64,000 bases of DNA from positions 224,001-288,000 of the forward strand of contig CBDCKN010000013.1 of assembly GCA_965218295.1 (NCBI GenBank), written 5' to 3'. Below are positions 40,724 to 52,099 of the stretch, piece by piece (within the stretch, counting starts at the first letter, position 1; every line of letters begins with the position of its first letter). The translations under genes were made by a program, and so were the position numbers. This DNA is from Longimicrobiales bacterium. Lineage in GTDB: Bacteria; Gemmatimonadota; Gemmatimonadetes; Longimicrobiales; Gaopeijiaceae. The notes beneath the pieces are model-generated. The model ran no database searches and was not told the origin of the DNA. It saw only the letters and a list, made by a program, of their open reading frames with translations.

Positions 40724-42337
40724 GCGCCGGCGGACGCTCCGAGCTGGTCGAGCTTGGCCTGAAGCGTGTGGTTCTCCGGGTTGAGCTCCAAGGCACGCCG
40801 CCACATGGCCCCTGCCTCGGCAGTCTCGGAGTTCTCCAGCGCGATGGCCCCGAGCTTGATGTAGACATCGTCTCCGAGGCGCGGGTCCGCCTTCACCGCA
40901 AGCTCGTACTGAGTCTTCGCCCGTGCCTTGTCTCCGCGGCGGAGGGCCTGGTCACCCAGCGCCTTGTGTGCCTGTGGCACCACCGGCTCCTGCTTGATAG
41001 CCCGCTCGTAGTAGGCCTCGGCCGCCTCGTTCTCTCCACGGTGCTCCAGCACGGCCCCGGTGTTGACCAGGATCGCCCCGTTATCGGAGTATTGTTCCAG
41101 CCCCTCGCGACCGATCTCCACGGCGCGGTCCATGTCGCCGGCGATGCCGGCCGCCAGCACCGAAAAGGCGAAGAACATGGGCGACAGCGTCCCCTCTCCG
41201 ACCTTGTCCTGATAGCCCTTGAAAGAGCCCATGGCGGCGGCTCCATCACCGGACTTCAACTTCACGATTCCCTGGGCGAGAAGAAGGCCGGGATCGTCCG
41301 AGTTCAGCTTCTCGGCCTCGGCGAGGGCGGCGAGCGCCTCGTCGTAACGCCCGATCCTCTCAAGCGCCAATGCGCGGTTACGGTGCAGGGCGTACGTCAT
41401 CTCCGCAGCCTCGCCCATCTCGTCGAAGTGCACGCTGGCTTCCTGCGCCCGACCCGCCTTCAGGCTGATGAGGCCGAGATAAGCCCGAGCCCGCGGATGG
41501 TTGGCATCCAGCTCGAGGGTCTTCCTGAGCTCCCGAATGGAGTCCTCCATCAGCCCGGACCGGGTAGAACGCCAAGCCGAGGTTCAGGTGCTCCTCCAGG
41601 GAGCCTTTGGCCCGCGACTCCGCGGCCCGCTTGCCGACTTGGACGGCGAAACCCGCTTGTATGAGCCCGTACAGCGCTTTACCCGTGTCGAACTCCACCA
41701 ACCCGGACTGGTCCACGAGATCCGTCACCGAGCGCTCACCGTCGATGAGCGGAATGATCCGCTGCTGTGCTTCCGTGAGGTCGATCCCTTCCTCTTCAAG
41801 GGGGTCGCGCTCCAGGGTGAAGACCAGGTTCATGGACGAGATCTTCTTTTCCATGACGCTCCATTCGTCGACGCGACGTGCTCCCTCCATCAGGAGAGCG
41901 TCGATGCTGATGGACACCCGCATCACGCTCTCCTCCGGCTTGACGTCGGCTTGGAACTGGAAGGTGCCCTGGTTCCAATGGAAGACGTGGTAGACGGCCT
42001 CTTCGATCTGTATGGAGATGTACTTTTCGAGATCCTCTTGAGAGAGGGCTCCACCCTCCACCAGCAGCTTGCCCAGCTTCTTCCCCCGCTCGTGGGCCTG
42101 CTTCTCCATGGCCGCCGAGAGCTGATCCCGGTCGATTACCTCGTTCTTCACCAGGAGCTCGCCAAGGCGGTCCGGACGGTCCACCACGGACGCGTAGACG
42201 ACCCGGCCGTCCTCGAAGTAGATGTAGCCGAAGTTGCCCTGGTCCGTCAGTGACAGGCAGCCCGTCTTCCTCCCCATGGCAAGAAGCTGGGAGATGTCGG
42301 CCAAGCTGACGTCTGCGAGAGCGCCTTCGATCGCCAT
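40720..42337 (-). CDS. DUF4388 plus TPR protein; apparent frameshift near 41565
   Basis: MAIEGALADVSLADISQLL..RKTGCL, LLMEGARRVDEW, followed by TPR repeats. Confidence 0.85.
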
Positions 42338-42343
42338 GCTGTT

Positions 42344-44287
42344 CTACGCTTCCTCTTCGACTTCCACGATGCGGTCCTCGATGACCGCCCAGTCCCAGAC
42401 CACGTTTTCCCTCGATGGTTGCCACGGAGTACCCGGATCGACGGTAGCTGGGGCCACCGGCACCGCCTCCTGTGGTTCGGCCATCGGCTCCTCAGGCTCC
42501 ATGATGATCATGCCGCCCCTATCACCCACGTCGAGCTCCTCAATGGGGGGCACGACCGCGTCGCCGACCTTCGGCCGAATGAACCCGGACCACAGGTCCT
42601 CGTCCTGGATGTACTCCGGCGGTGCCTCCTCGAGGTTCAGCGTCTCCGCTCCGGGCGGTAGCGACTCGCCCGTCGCCTCCACCACGAGACCCATCTCGAA
42701 GCGGGAGCTCAGGCGATCGTCGATACCGGTGATCCCCGAGGGCTCCCGATCCGCCGTAATGAGGATCTTGGCTCCCTTCCGCCTGGACGCCTCGAACAGG
42801 TGGAAGAACTCGTCCTGAGCCCGCTCTGTGTCGGAGAGTGCCTGGACATCGTACACCAGGAGGAGATCGACACCCCACCATCGCTCTCTCTAGGCTCCCG
42901 CCACACCCTCGGAGAGAGCCCGTATGAAGTCCTCCGAGAACTCTTGGGCGGATACGATGGCGACGTTGCTGAGCTTGTCGTGCTCCCTGAACGACCGGGC
43001 CGTGGCGGCAAGCAAAGTCAAGGGGCCGCCAGGCTGTGGACTCCACAGGAACAGCGGGTTGTACTCCGGACGCTCTTCCGTGACCAGCTGATCGGCGGCC
43101 TTCAGCGCCACGGCGGGGTAGTGGTCCGTCAGATCCTCCAGGAGGGGTCCCTCGCCGATCAGCGGGAAGGGACGTACGCACTCCACTGCCGAAGCCAGCA
43201 GGGCTTCGGCCTCATCCAATCGCTCCGGGTCCTTCAGGAGGCCGACGGCGGCCTCCGGCCACGGATTCCCGACACGGTCGAGGGACTTGGCGATCTGGCG
43301 TAGCCGTGTGATATCCCGCCGGAACTCGTCGGCGATCGCGTGCGGATCGGGAGGCGCCTCGTCGGATTCGAGGAGGGACCGCAGCCGAGTCCCGGAGTAG
43401 CCGTCCCTCTCGAAGGTCTCCACCGTCTCCCTGAGCAACCTCCTCCACGGGGCCTCCTCTCGCTCCACCTTCGTGGCCACTGTCTGGCTCAGCTCCTCCA
43501 TGAACGAGCCGAACTCGTCCAGGAGCTGCTGTCCGGCTATGGAGCCCTCACTCGCCGGTCCAGTCTGATGAAGGCCCGGCATATCCTTGATTTCCTCGAC
43601 GGTGACTTGCCGGCCCTCGAGCTCCTGGATCGCCAGCACCTTGTTTAGGGCGCCCGCGAGCTCACGGACGCTCTTGAAGCTGTACTTGGCCAGCGCCTCG
43701 GCCACCCCAGACTCGAAGGTCTGACCACGCTCCTCCGCCTTCTTCCTGAGGATCGCGACCTTGGTTTCGTACTCCGGAACCCCGATGTCGACCATCAAGC
43801 CCCCGGAAAACCGTGTGACTAGACGCTCGTCGAGACCGTCTATCTCCGAGGGTGGGCGATCGCTGGCCAGGACGATCTGGCCGCCGGACGCGCTGAGCTG
43901 GTCGAGGAGGCGCAGGAGCAGCTCCTGAGCTTCCTTCTGTCCGGTGAGGAACTGCACGTCGTCGAGGAGCAGGATGTGAAGGCCCTCGTACTGCTCCCTC
44001 ATCTCGTCCTGGGTACCCTCCTGGAGGGCCGTCGTCAACTCGTCGAGAAAGACCTCAACGGCCAGGTAGACCACGCCGTACTCCGGGTGGACCTTGGTTG
44101 CGTAATGGGCTATACCGCTGAGAATGTGGCTCTTGCCGAGGCCAGAACCGGAATAGATGAACAGTGGATTGTACGATGTCCCGGGAGCGTCGGCTGCCCG
44201 CCGCGCTGCTGCAGACGCGAGCCGATTCGCAGGGCCCACCACGAAGCTGTCGAAGGTGAACCTCGGATCCAGATCCGTCGCTACCAC
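42344..44287 (-). CDS. DnaA/Hda-like protein with two AAA+ modules; in-frame TAG at 42890-42892
   Basis: FTFDSFVVGPANRLA, YNPLFIYSGSGLGKSH, LLLDDVQ; second YNPLFLW...DLLLVYDVQ...RLSSRF continues in frame past the TAG. Confidence 0.8.
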
Positions 44288-44306
44288 CGGCTCATACCTG
44301 CCTCGC

Positions 44307-45272
44307 TCATAGTCCCTCTTCCGATCGTGCCCACTCGGCGCACGAGCTCAAGTCTTCTGGTAGCAGTGCCTCGAAGCGAAGCATCTCCTCACTGACCGGA
44401 TGTCGGAAGGACAGCCGCCACGCGTGTAAGAACTGTCTTGATACCCGCTCGCTCAGCAATTGCGCCCAACGGCGCACTCTTCCACCCATCCCTCGCTCCC
44501 AACCCACTCCATACACGGGATCCCCGACAACGGGATGCCCGATGTGGGCAAGGTGAACCCTGATCTGGTGTGTCCTGCCTGTCTCGAGCGCGACCTCCAA
44601 GAGCTCCGCACCCGGCCAATGCTCGACGACCCGAAAGCGGGTGACTGCATGCCGCCCGCCTTCCAGCACCGCCATGCGCTGCCGGTTGGCCCGATCCCGG
44701 CCCACCGGCGCCTCGACCTCGAGCGGCGACTCGGAGAGATGCCCCCAGGAAGCCGCTTGATAGAGACGTTTAATGTCACGCCGTTGGAGCGCTTCGGAAA
44801 GGGCATGATGTGCACGGTCGGTCTTGGCCACCACCATGAGTCCCGACGTGTCCTTGTCCAGGCGGTGAACAATGCCCGGCCGGAGCTTTCCACTGATCCC
44901 GGAGAGGTCGGTGGCATGGGCCAACAGGGCATTGACCAACGTGCCTGTCGCGTGTCCCGGGCTGGGATGAACCACCATTCCGGCCGACTTGTTCACCACC
45001 AGCACCGATGGGTCCTCGAAGAAGATGTCGAGAGGAATGTCCTCGGGCTCGACCGTCAACGGCTCGGGCACCGGTACGTGAACCTCGATCTCCTGGCCGA
45101 CCTCGAGCCGCTCCGACTTCCGGGCCGCCTGGCCATTCAGGAGTACCCGCCCGTCCTCGACCAGCGCCTGCACCCGGGTCCGCGACAGGTCCAGATGACC
45201 CGCCACGTACGCGTCGAGCCGATCGCCTTCCCGATCTACGGTCAAGATCTCGATGCGCTCCTCAGCGGTCAT
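44307..45272 (-). CDS. RluA-family pseudouridine synthase (S4 domain, RluD-like)
   Basis: RPGIVHRLDKDTSG, GRTHQIRVH, LHA motifs. Confidence 0.95.
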   Translation of the reverse strand: MTAEERIEILTVDREGDRLDAYVAGHLDLSRTRVQALVEDGRVLLNGQAARKSERLEVGQEIEVHVPVPEPLTVEPEDIPLDIFFEDPSVLVVNKSAGMVVHPSPGHATGTLVNALLAHATDLSGISGKLRPGIVHRLDKDTSGLMVVAKTDRAHHALSEALQRRDIKRLYQAASWGHLSESPLEVEAPVGRDRANRQRMAVLEGGRHAVTRFRVVEHWPGAELLEVALETGRTHQIRVHLAHIGHPVVGDPVYGVGWERGMGGRVRRWAQLLSERVSRQFLHAWRLSFRHPVSEEMLRFEALLPEDLSSCAEWARSEEGL

Positions 45273-48200
45273 TCAGTCCAGCGCCCCGGCGACGATGGGA
45301 CCACCCGCGGTATCGACTTCCACTTCTCGGTTGAGCGCGATGACCGCGGCAAGGTCATCGATCTGGACGTTCGACGCCGCGTCGTAGCCTTCCACGTCAC
45401 CCTCGGCACTCCCGATAGCCAGCTGGACCGACAGGGTCTCTCCACAGATGAAATCCCGGTAGTCGTCGGCCGCGGACTGGATCTCGTCCGGCCCGAAGAT
45501 GGCCAGTCGAATCCGATCGGTGATCTCCAGACCGCCCTCCCTACGCAGGCGCTGAATGCGGTTGACGAGCTCTCTGGCCAGTCCCTCCGCACGGAGATCG
45601 TCGTCGAGAACGGAATCCAATGCCGCCGTGTAGCCTCTCTCGGAGCGCACCACCAGCCCGCCCTTCGACTCTTCGGTGACCTCGAGGTCCCCGGCCCCGA
45701 GGTGTGTAGTTCGTCCCGCTACCTCGATGGAAACCGGCTCTCCGCTCCGGTACGCTTCCAGGGCGGCCGGTGAGAGGCTCCGGATCGAAGCGGCCGCGAG
45801 CTCCGTGTCCTTCTGGAAGCGAGGGCCGAGGGCCTCGTAGTTGGGCTTCGCGACCAGGGAGACCAGCCCCTCGGCGGAGGCCAGAAAGTCCACCTCCTTC
45901 ACATTGAGCTCATCCCTCAGGAGCCCCAGGATCTCGAGGCGGATCTCCAGGTCACCCGGAACTACGGCGAAGAGTCTCCGGAGCGGCTGCCGCACGCGGA
46001 TCTTGACCTCCTCGCGAGCCGCCCGGCCCAGGGAGACCATGGCACGGACCGCCCCCATCTCGTCTTCGAGGGTCCTGTCGATCCCGTCGACGTCCGCCTC
46101 AGGAAAGGACTCCAGGTGAACGCTCCTTCCCGTGAGCCCATGGTGGATCCAGTCGGCCGCGAACGGCGTCGCCGGCGCCGCCATGAGGCAGACCGTGCGG
46201 AGCGCCTCCCAGAGCGTCCGGAACGCGGCCCGCGCGTCCGAATCGTCCGTGTTTCCCCAGAACCGGGGGCGCGACCGGCGCACATACCAGTTCGACAGTT
46301 CCTCGCTCACGAACTCCCCCAGGGTCCGGTAGGCACGGGTGATCTGGTACGAGTCCAACTCCTCGCGAACCTCGGCCACCACGGACATCAGGCGTGAGAG
46401 AAGCCAGCGGTCGAGGAGGCTGCGGTCACCCGGCACCGGATCGTCGTCCGACGGCGCCCAGTCCTCGGCGTTGGCGTAGAGGCTGAAGAACCGGTAGGTG
46501 TTGAAGAGGGTGTCCAGGAATTTGCGGGAGATCTCCTGGACCGCCACGGTATCGTACCGCTTCGGGACCCAGGGGTTGCTGGCCGTGATGAAGTACCAGC
46601 GGATGCCGTCGGCCCCATGATCGCCGATGGCATCCCAAGGATCGACCGTATTCCCCCGGGACTTAGACATCTTCTGGCCCTCGGCGTCGAGGATCAGATC
46701 GTTGACGATCACGTTCCTGAAGGGAGGCCCCTTCTCTAGCATGGTTGAGATGGCGAGAAGCGAATAGAACCAGCCCCGGGTCTGGTCGAGCCCCTCACAG
46801 ATGAAGTCGGCCGGAAAGTGCCGCTCGAACTCGTCTTCGCTCTCGAAGGGGTAGTGCCATTGGGCGTAGGGCATCGACCCTGAGTCGAACCAGGCGTCGA
46901 CCACCTCGGGCGCCTTTCGCATGGTGCCGTCGCACTGGGCACAGCTCCACGTGAACTCGTCGATGTACGGGCGGTGCGGATCGAAGTCCTCGCCCAGAGG
47001 ACCGGCGCGCTGCTCGAGCTCTATGAAGCGGCCGATCCACTCCAGGTGGTTCTCCTCGGCGTCACACACCCAGACCGGAAGCGGAGTGCCCCAGTAGCGA
47101 TCCCGCGAGAGAGCCCAGTCCACGTTGCCCTTGAGCCACTCTCCCATCCGTCCTTCGCCCACGTCCGGAGGGAACCAGTTCGCGGCGTCGTTGTTCGCGA
47201 GCATCTCGTCCTTGAGCGTGGACGTTGCGGCGAACCAGGAGTCCCTGGCGATGTAGAGGAGGGGCGACTCACACCTCCAGCAGTGTGGGTACGAGTGAAC
47301 CTCGGTGTCGAAGCGGAACAGGTTCCCTCTCACGTCGAGGGCCTCCACCAACGCCGGATCGGCGTCCCTCACGAACACGCCCCCGACAAGCTCCACGTCG
47401 GGTAGGAAGCACCCGGCCTCGTCGATGGGCTTGAGCATTGGCAGGCCGTGGCGCTGTCCCGCCGCATAGTCGTCGGAGCCGAAGGCTGGGGCCATGTGCA
47501 CGATGCCCGTCCCGTCCTCCGAGCTGACGAAGTCCTCGTTGACGACGGTCCAGCCGTTTTGCGGATCGGCGGGCATGGCCACGATCTCGAGCGGACGCGC
47601 GTACCGGCCTCCTGCCAGCTCGGTGCCCTTGTAGCGCCGCACCACATCGGCGCCCTCGCCCATCACCGCTTCGAGTCGATCTTCCGCCAACACCAGAATC
47701 CGGCCGTCTCGCTTAACCTCCACGTACGTCAGGTTCGGGTGAACGGCGAGTCCCGTGTTCGAGGGGACGGTCCAGGGGGTGGTGGTCCACACCACGAAGG
47801 CTCTCCCCTCGGGATCGAGGTCACCGTCCGGCGTGAGCCACGGACAGAGGAAGTGGAGGGACGAGTCCTCGATGTCCCGGTAGCCCTGGGCCACCTCGTG
47901 GGAGCTGAGCGCGGTCCCGCAACGGGGGCAGTACGAAACGCTCTTGTATCCCTTGTAGAGAAGCCCACGATCCGCCAACTGCTTGAGGATCCACCAGACG
48001 CTCTCCACGTAGCCCGGATGGAAGGTGACGTAGGGACGCGAGTAGTCGAGCCAGTATCCGATGCGCTCGGACAGGTTCTCCCAATCCTCCTTGTACGTGA
48101 ACACCGAGCTCCGGCACGCCTCATTGAACTCCGCGATGCCCATAGCCTCGATCTCGGGCTTACCACTGATTCCCAGCCGCTTTTCGGCCTCGATCTCCAC

Positions 48201-48470
48201 CGGCAGGCCGTGCGTGTCCCAGCCGGCGATTCGGGTGACGCTCCTGCCCTCCATGGTCCGAAACCGGCATACCAGGTCCTTGATGGTCCGGCTGATTATG
48301 TGGTGGAGGCCGGGCTCTCCGTTGGCCGTGGGCGGCCCCTCGAAGAACACGAATGGCTCGCCGTCCTTGGTCGCCTCGAGCGTCTGACGGAAGAGATCCT
48401 CCGCCCGCCAACGGCCGAGGGTCTCCTCTTCGAGAGCGAGAAGTGTTTCGGGTATCTCCGGGTACCGCAT
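45273..48470 (-). CDS. ileS: Isoleucine--tRNA ligase
   Basis: GPPTANG, GWDTHGLP, WTTTPWT, EGLDQTRGWF, KMSKS. Confidence 0.98.
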   Translation of the reverse strand: MRYPEIPETLLALEEETLGRWRAEDLFRQTLEATKDGEPFVFFEGPPTANGEPGLHHIISRTIKDLVCRFRTMEGRSVTRIAGWDTHGLPVEIEAEKRLGISGKPEIEAMGIAEFNEACRSSVFTYKEDWENLSERIGYWLDYSRPYVTFHPGYVESVWWILKQLADRGLLYKGYKSVSYCPRCGTALSSHEVAQGYRDIEDSSLHFLCPWLTPDGDLDPEGRAFVVWTTTPWTVPSNTGLAVHPNLTYVEVKRDGRILVLAEDRLEAVMGEGADVVRRYKGTELAGGRYARPLEIVAMPADPQNGWTVVNEDFVSSEDGTGIVHMAPAFGSDDYAAGQRHGLPMLKPIDEAGCFLPDVELVGGVFVRDADPALVEALDVRGNLFRFDTEVHSYPHCWRCESPLLYIARDSWFAATSTLKDEMLANNDAANWFPPDVGEGRMGEWLKGNVDWALSRDRYWGTPLPVWVCDAEENHLEWIGRFIELEQRAGPLGEDFDPHRPYIDEFTWSCAQCDGTMRKAPEVVDAWFDSGSMPYAQWHYPFESEDEFERHFPADFICEGLDQTRGWFYSLLAISTMLEKGPPFRNVIVNDLILDAEGQKMSKSRGNTVDPWDAIGDHGADGIRWYFITASNPWVPKRYDTVAVQEISRKFLDTLFNTYRFFSLYANAEDWAPSDDDPVPGDRSLLDRWLLSRLMSVVAEVREELDSYQITRAYRTLGEFVSEELSNWYVRRSRPRFWGNTDDSDARAAFRTLWEALRTVCLMAAPATPFAADWIHHGLTGRSVHLESFPEADVDGIDRTLEDEMGAVRAMVSLGRAAREEVKIRVRQPLRRLFAVVPGDLEIRLEILGLLRDELNVKEVDFLASAEGLVSLVAKPNYEALGPRFQKDTELAAASIRSLSPAALEAYRSGEPVSIEVAGRTTHLGAGDLEVTEESKGGLVVRSERGYTAALDSVLDDDLRAEGLARELVNRIQRLRREGGLEITDRIRLAIFGPDEIQSAADDYRDFICGETLSVQLAIGSAEGDVEGYDAASNVQIDDLAAVIALNREVEVDTAGGPIVAGALD

Positions 48471-48495
48471 CGACTCGTGCCTGTCTTCGATGTAT

Positions 48496-49311
48496 TCAGA
48501 TCCGCGCGATTACAGCCCGGATGAGTTTTGTAAGCCTCGGCTCCGCCTCCGTGGCGGTGGCGATGATGGTCTGCACGTCGGCCTCCTCCAGGGCATCGGG
48601 GAGGCACTGATCGGTGATGATGCAGAGTCCCAGCACCTTCATTCCCATGTGTCGGGCGACGATCACTTCCGGCACGGTGGACATTCCCACCACATCGGCT
48701 CCCATCCGACGGAGCATGCGATATTCGGCCCGGGTCTCCAGGTTGGGTCCGACGACCGCCACATATACGCCGCGGCGGAGCTGAATGGCCATCTCCAGGG
48801 CCGTCTCTATCGTGAGTCCCTCCAGCTCCCGGTCGTACGGCTCCGACATGTCGGGGAATCGCGGTCCGAAGGAGTCGATGTTCTCCCCGACCAGCGGACT
48901 ATCACCCAACAGGTTGATGTGGTCGTCCAGGAGGACCAGATCGCCGGGAGCCCACAGCGGGTGCATTCCCCCCACCGCAGCGGAAACGATGAGCGTCTCG
49001 GCCCCCAGATTACCCATGACGCGGATGGGCCGGGTGATGTCGCGGAGGTCGTGGCCCTCGTAGCGGTGAAAGCGCCCCTGCATGGCCACCACCCGCTGTC
49101 CCTCCAGGGTACCGAACAGCAGTCGACCGGAATGGCTCTCCACGGTGGGAACCGGAAAGTGAGGGATATCCTCATATGAGATCGCCGTCTCCACCTCGAT
49201 CTCGTCAGCGAGGGCTCCGAGGCCAGTGCCCAGAACGATCCCGATACGAGGCTCGGCCGACGTGCGATCTCGAATCGCCCGAGTGCTCTCCTGGATGCGA
49301 TCCCACTCCAT
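48496..49311 (-). CDS. punA: Purine-nucleoside phosphorylase
   Basis: GIVLGTGLG, QGRFHRYEG, GPNLETRAE, VGMSTVPE. Confidence 0.93.
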   Translation of the reverse strand: MEWDRIQESTRAIRDRTSAEPRIGIVLGTGLGALADEIEVETAISYEDIPHFPVPTVESHSGRLLFGTLEGQRVVAMQGRFHRYEGHDLRDITRPIRVMGNLGAETLIVSAAVGGMHPLWAPGDLVLLDDHINLLGDSPLVGENIDSFGPRFPDMSEPYDRELEGLTIETALEMAIQLRRGVYVAVVGPNLETRAEYRMLRRMGADVVGMSTVPEVIVARHMGMKVLGLCIITDQCLPDALEEADVQTIIATATEAEPRLTKLIRAVIARI

Positions 49312-49313
49312 CC

Positions 49314-50165
49314 TCAGTCCGTCTCCTGCTGGTCTCGCTTCAGGATGGACGAGAGCCACAGCGAGTCCTCACCCCCGGAGTCTTCCACGGCCTCCCCCTC
49401 CGCAACCTCAGAAGACTTGGTCTCGGCGGCGGATTCGGCCCCACCCACCCCGTCGGCCTTCTCGGCCGCATCGGCCTCGGCAACCGCATCGATCTCCACG
49501 GCGGTATCGGACTCCTCCGCTTCGGTCTCTTCGGCGCCTGCGAGCTCGTCATCAACCATGTCGACCGTTTTAACGGTGTCGGGATCTTCGTCATCGTCGG
49601 AGACGACCGCGACGGCCTCTGCTGACTCGACGTCGGCCTCGTCTTCCTCAACGACGGTCCAGCTGCCACGTCCCAGCTCCAGATCGAGGGTGACGTCTTC
49701 CAGCGGAGCCCGGCTGGACTCGACCTCGACCGCATCCAGCTCTCTCTCGAGCAAGGTACGGAAGGCCTTTAGGAAGAGGATCCGGTGCCTCTCCAGCTCC
49801 TCCAGCGCCACCCGGCGCTCGTCGAGAAGCCTGTCGGCTTCCTGCAGGATCTGCTCGATGCGCCCACGAGCCTCCCTCTCCAGAAGCTGGGCTTCCCGCT
49901 CGGCCTGCTCCTTCACGTCCTGGCGCAACTCCTGGGCCGTGACGAGGGCCTCCTGCACCGCCTGCTCCCGGCCTTCCTGAGCGTCGACCTGCTCACCGAG
50001 CCTCTCGGAACGCTCCTTGAGCTTGAGGTTCTCCTTCACGAGTACCTCCATCCGCTCAGCCACGAGCTCGAGGAAGACGTCCACCTCCTGGGCATTATAG
50101 CCACGGAGAGCCTTGGCGAAGTCACCTCGCTTCTTCCGTACGTCCAGCGGTGTGAGCTCGATCAT
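49314..50165 (-). CDS. DivIVA-domain protein with acidic tail
   Basis: LTPLDVR..F.KALRGY..EVDVFL followed by a coiled coil. Confidence 0.88.
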   Translation of the reverse strand: MIELTPLDVRKKRGDFAKALRGYNAQEVDVFLELVAERMEVLVKENLKLKERSERLGEQVDAQEGREQAVQEALVTAQELRQDVKEQAEREAQLLEREARGRIEQILQEADRLLDERRVALEELERHRILFLKAFRTLLERELDAVEVESSRAPLEDVTLDLELGRGSWTVVEEDEADVESAEAVAVVSDDDEDPDTVKTVDMVDDELAGAEETEAEESDTAVEIDAVAEADAAEKADGVGGAESAAETKSSEVAEGEAVEDSGGEDSLWLSSILKRDQQETD

Positions 50166-50869
50166 GCCGTTCGTCTCCCGAAAAGAGCGGTTCCTAGGCG
50201 TATCATCGTGCTGCCTTCCTCTATTGCGATCTCGAAATCGCTGGTCATTCCCATTGAGAGCTCTTCCCCGGCGTATCCGTCCAGCTGCCGGAGCTCTTCA
50301 TGGAGCTCGCGGAGATCCCGAAAAGTGCTTCGCAGCACCGTCTCATCGTCCGTCAACGGAGCCATCGTCATGAGGCCCCTCACTTCCAATCCCGGTAACG
50401 CGAGGATGCTTCTCAGGTCGTCTCCGATCCCCTGCCCCGGGAGGCCGCCCTTGGTCACCTCACCGGAGGTGTTCACCTGAATCAGCACGGGCTGTCTTTG
50501 GTCGGATTCCTCCGCCGCGTTGGAGAGGCGCTGGGCCAGTCGGAGAGAGTCGATCGAATGGACCAGCTCGGCAACGCCCACGACGCGCGGCGCCTTGCGG
50601 CGCTGCACATGACCGATCATGTGCCACCGAACCCGTTCGTCTCCGACGGCGGCCGCTTTCTCCACGAGCTCCTCGACCCTGTTCTCCCCCAGATCGAAGA
50701 GGCCGTGCGCCAGAGCGGCGTGAACGGCCTCCAAGCTATGCGCCTTGGTCACTGCCACCAAGGTAACCCCGTCGGGGTCCCGTCCACTCCGTTCCGCCGC
50801 TCGGATGACCCTCTCCCGGATCTCCTCGAGGGAACGTTCGAGCCGTGCCTCGTACGTGGGCGTGATCAT
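50162..50869 (-). CDS. yggS: YggS-family PLP homeostasis protein
   Basis: LVAVTK, LGENRVEE, WHMIGH, LSMGMTSDF, MIRLGTALFG. Confidence 0.95.
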   Translation of the reverse strand: MITPTYEARLERSLEEIRERVIRAAERSGRDPDGVTLVAVTKAHSLEAVHAALAHGLFDLGENRVEELVEKAAAVGDERVRWHMIGHVQRRKAPRVVGVAELVHSIDSLRLAQRLSNAAEESDQRQPVLIQVNTSGEVTKGGLPGQGIGDDLRSILALPGLEVRGLMTMAPLTDDETVLRSTFRDLRELHEELRQLDGYAGEELSMGMTSDFEIAIEEGSTMIRLGTALFGRRTA

Positions 50870-50902
50870 TCTATCGCATCGCTTTAGGAGACGGTACCGG
50901 TT

Positions 50903-50937
50903 AAAAAAGGACCCCGCCGGGCCACGCCGGCGGGGTC
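50903..50937 (-). terminator. Intrinsic terminator after tonB
   Basis: 11-bp stem GACCCCGCCGG/CCGGCGGGGTC followed by T6 on the minus strand. Confidence 0.85.
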
Positions 50938-50964
50938 GCAATTCGGAACCCTCGAGCCGGTCTG

Positions 50965-51647
50965 TTAACGGACCTCGAAGGTAATGGGAATCTGGACCCA
51001 GACCTTGACCACCTTGTCGCGGTTCAGCGCAGGCGTGAACTCGTAGACGCCAGCAACCTCCAGGGCCGCCTCGTCGAGCTGCCCGTGACCCGAGCTCTCG
51101 GCGACGCGCTTGTCCAGGACCCAGCCCTGTTCGGAGATGAAGAACCAGACCAGGGTCTGCCCCCCGATACCGGCGTCACGAAGGATCGGTGGATAGGCAC
51201 GCATCATGGCCTGGACCACCTCACGCCGGTTCTTGATCTCCGGCCTCACAGTCATGGGCGTGAAGACCGGTGCAGCCGAAATGTCCGTGGCCCGGTCCGA
51301 CGGCGGTGGCGGCAGATCCTCAACCGGGTTTTCCTCGAACGTCGTCGGCGCGATGGTGATATCCTCGTCGACTTCGGCGGTCGCGATCACGGGCGTCGCC
51401 GGGCGTGCGATCTTCTCGGGCGGAGGCGGAATCTCGATCTCCGGCGGAAGCTCGATTGTCTCAAGCTCCTCACTGGTGAACGACGTGTCCTCGGCCGTGA
51501 GCGTGGGCCAGAACTGGAAGACCAGGAAGTGGACCACCGTGGCGGCGATCATCGATCCCCAGAACCACGAGCTGAAAGATCGCTTGAATCGATCGTTCTC
51601 GGTCTCGAGACTGCCGGCCCCACCCTCGGCGGGCACAGCGTGAGCGT

Positions 51648-51651
<4 letters not shown>
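50965..51651 (-). CDS. tonB: Energy transducer TonB
   Basis: TM anchor, proline-rich linker, YP..GIGG...SSG..LDEAAL..FTPA. Confidence 0.9.
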
Positions 51652-52094
<443 letters not shown>

Positions 52095-52099
52095 TGTCG

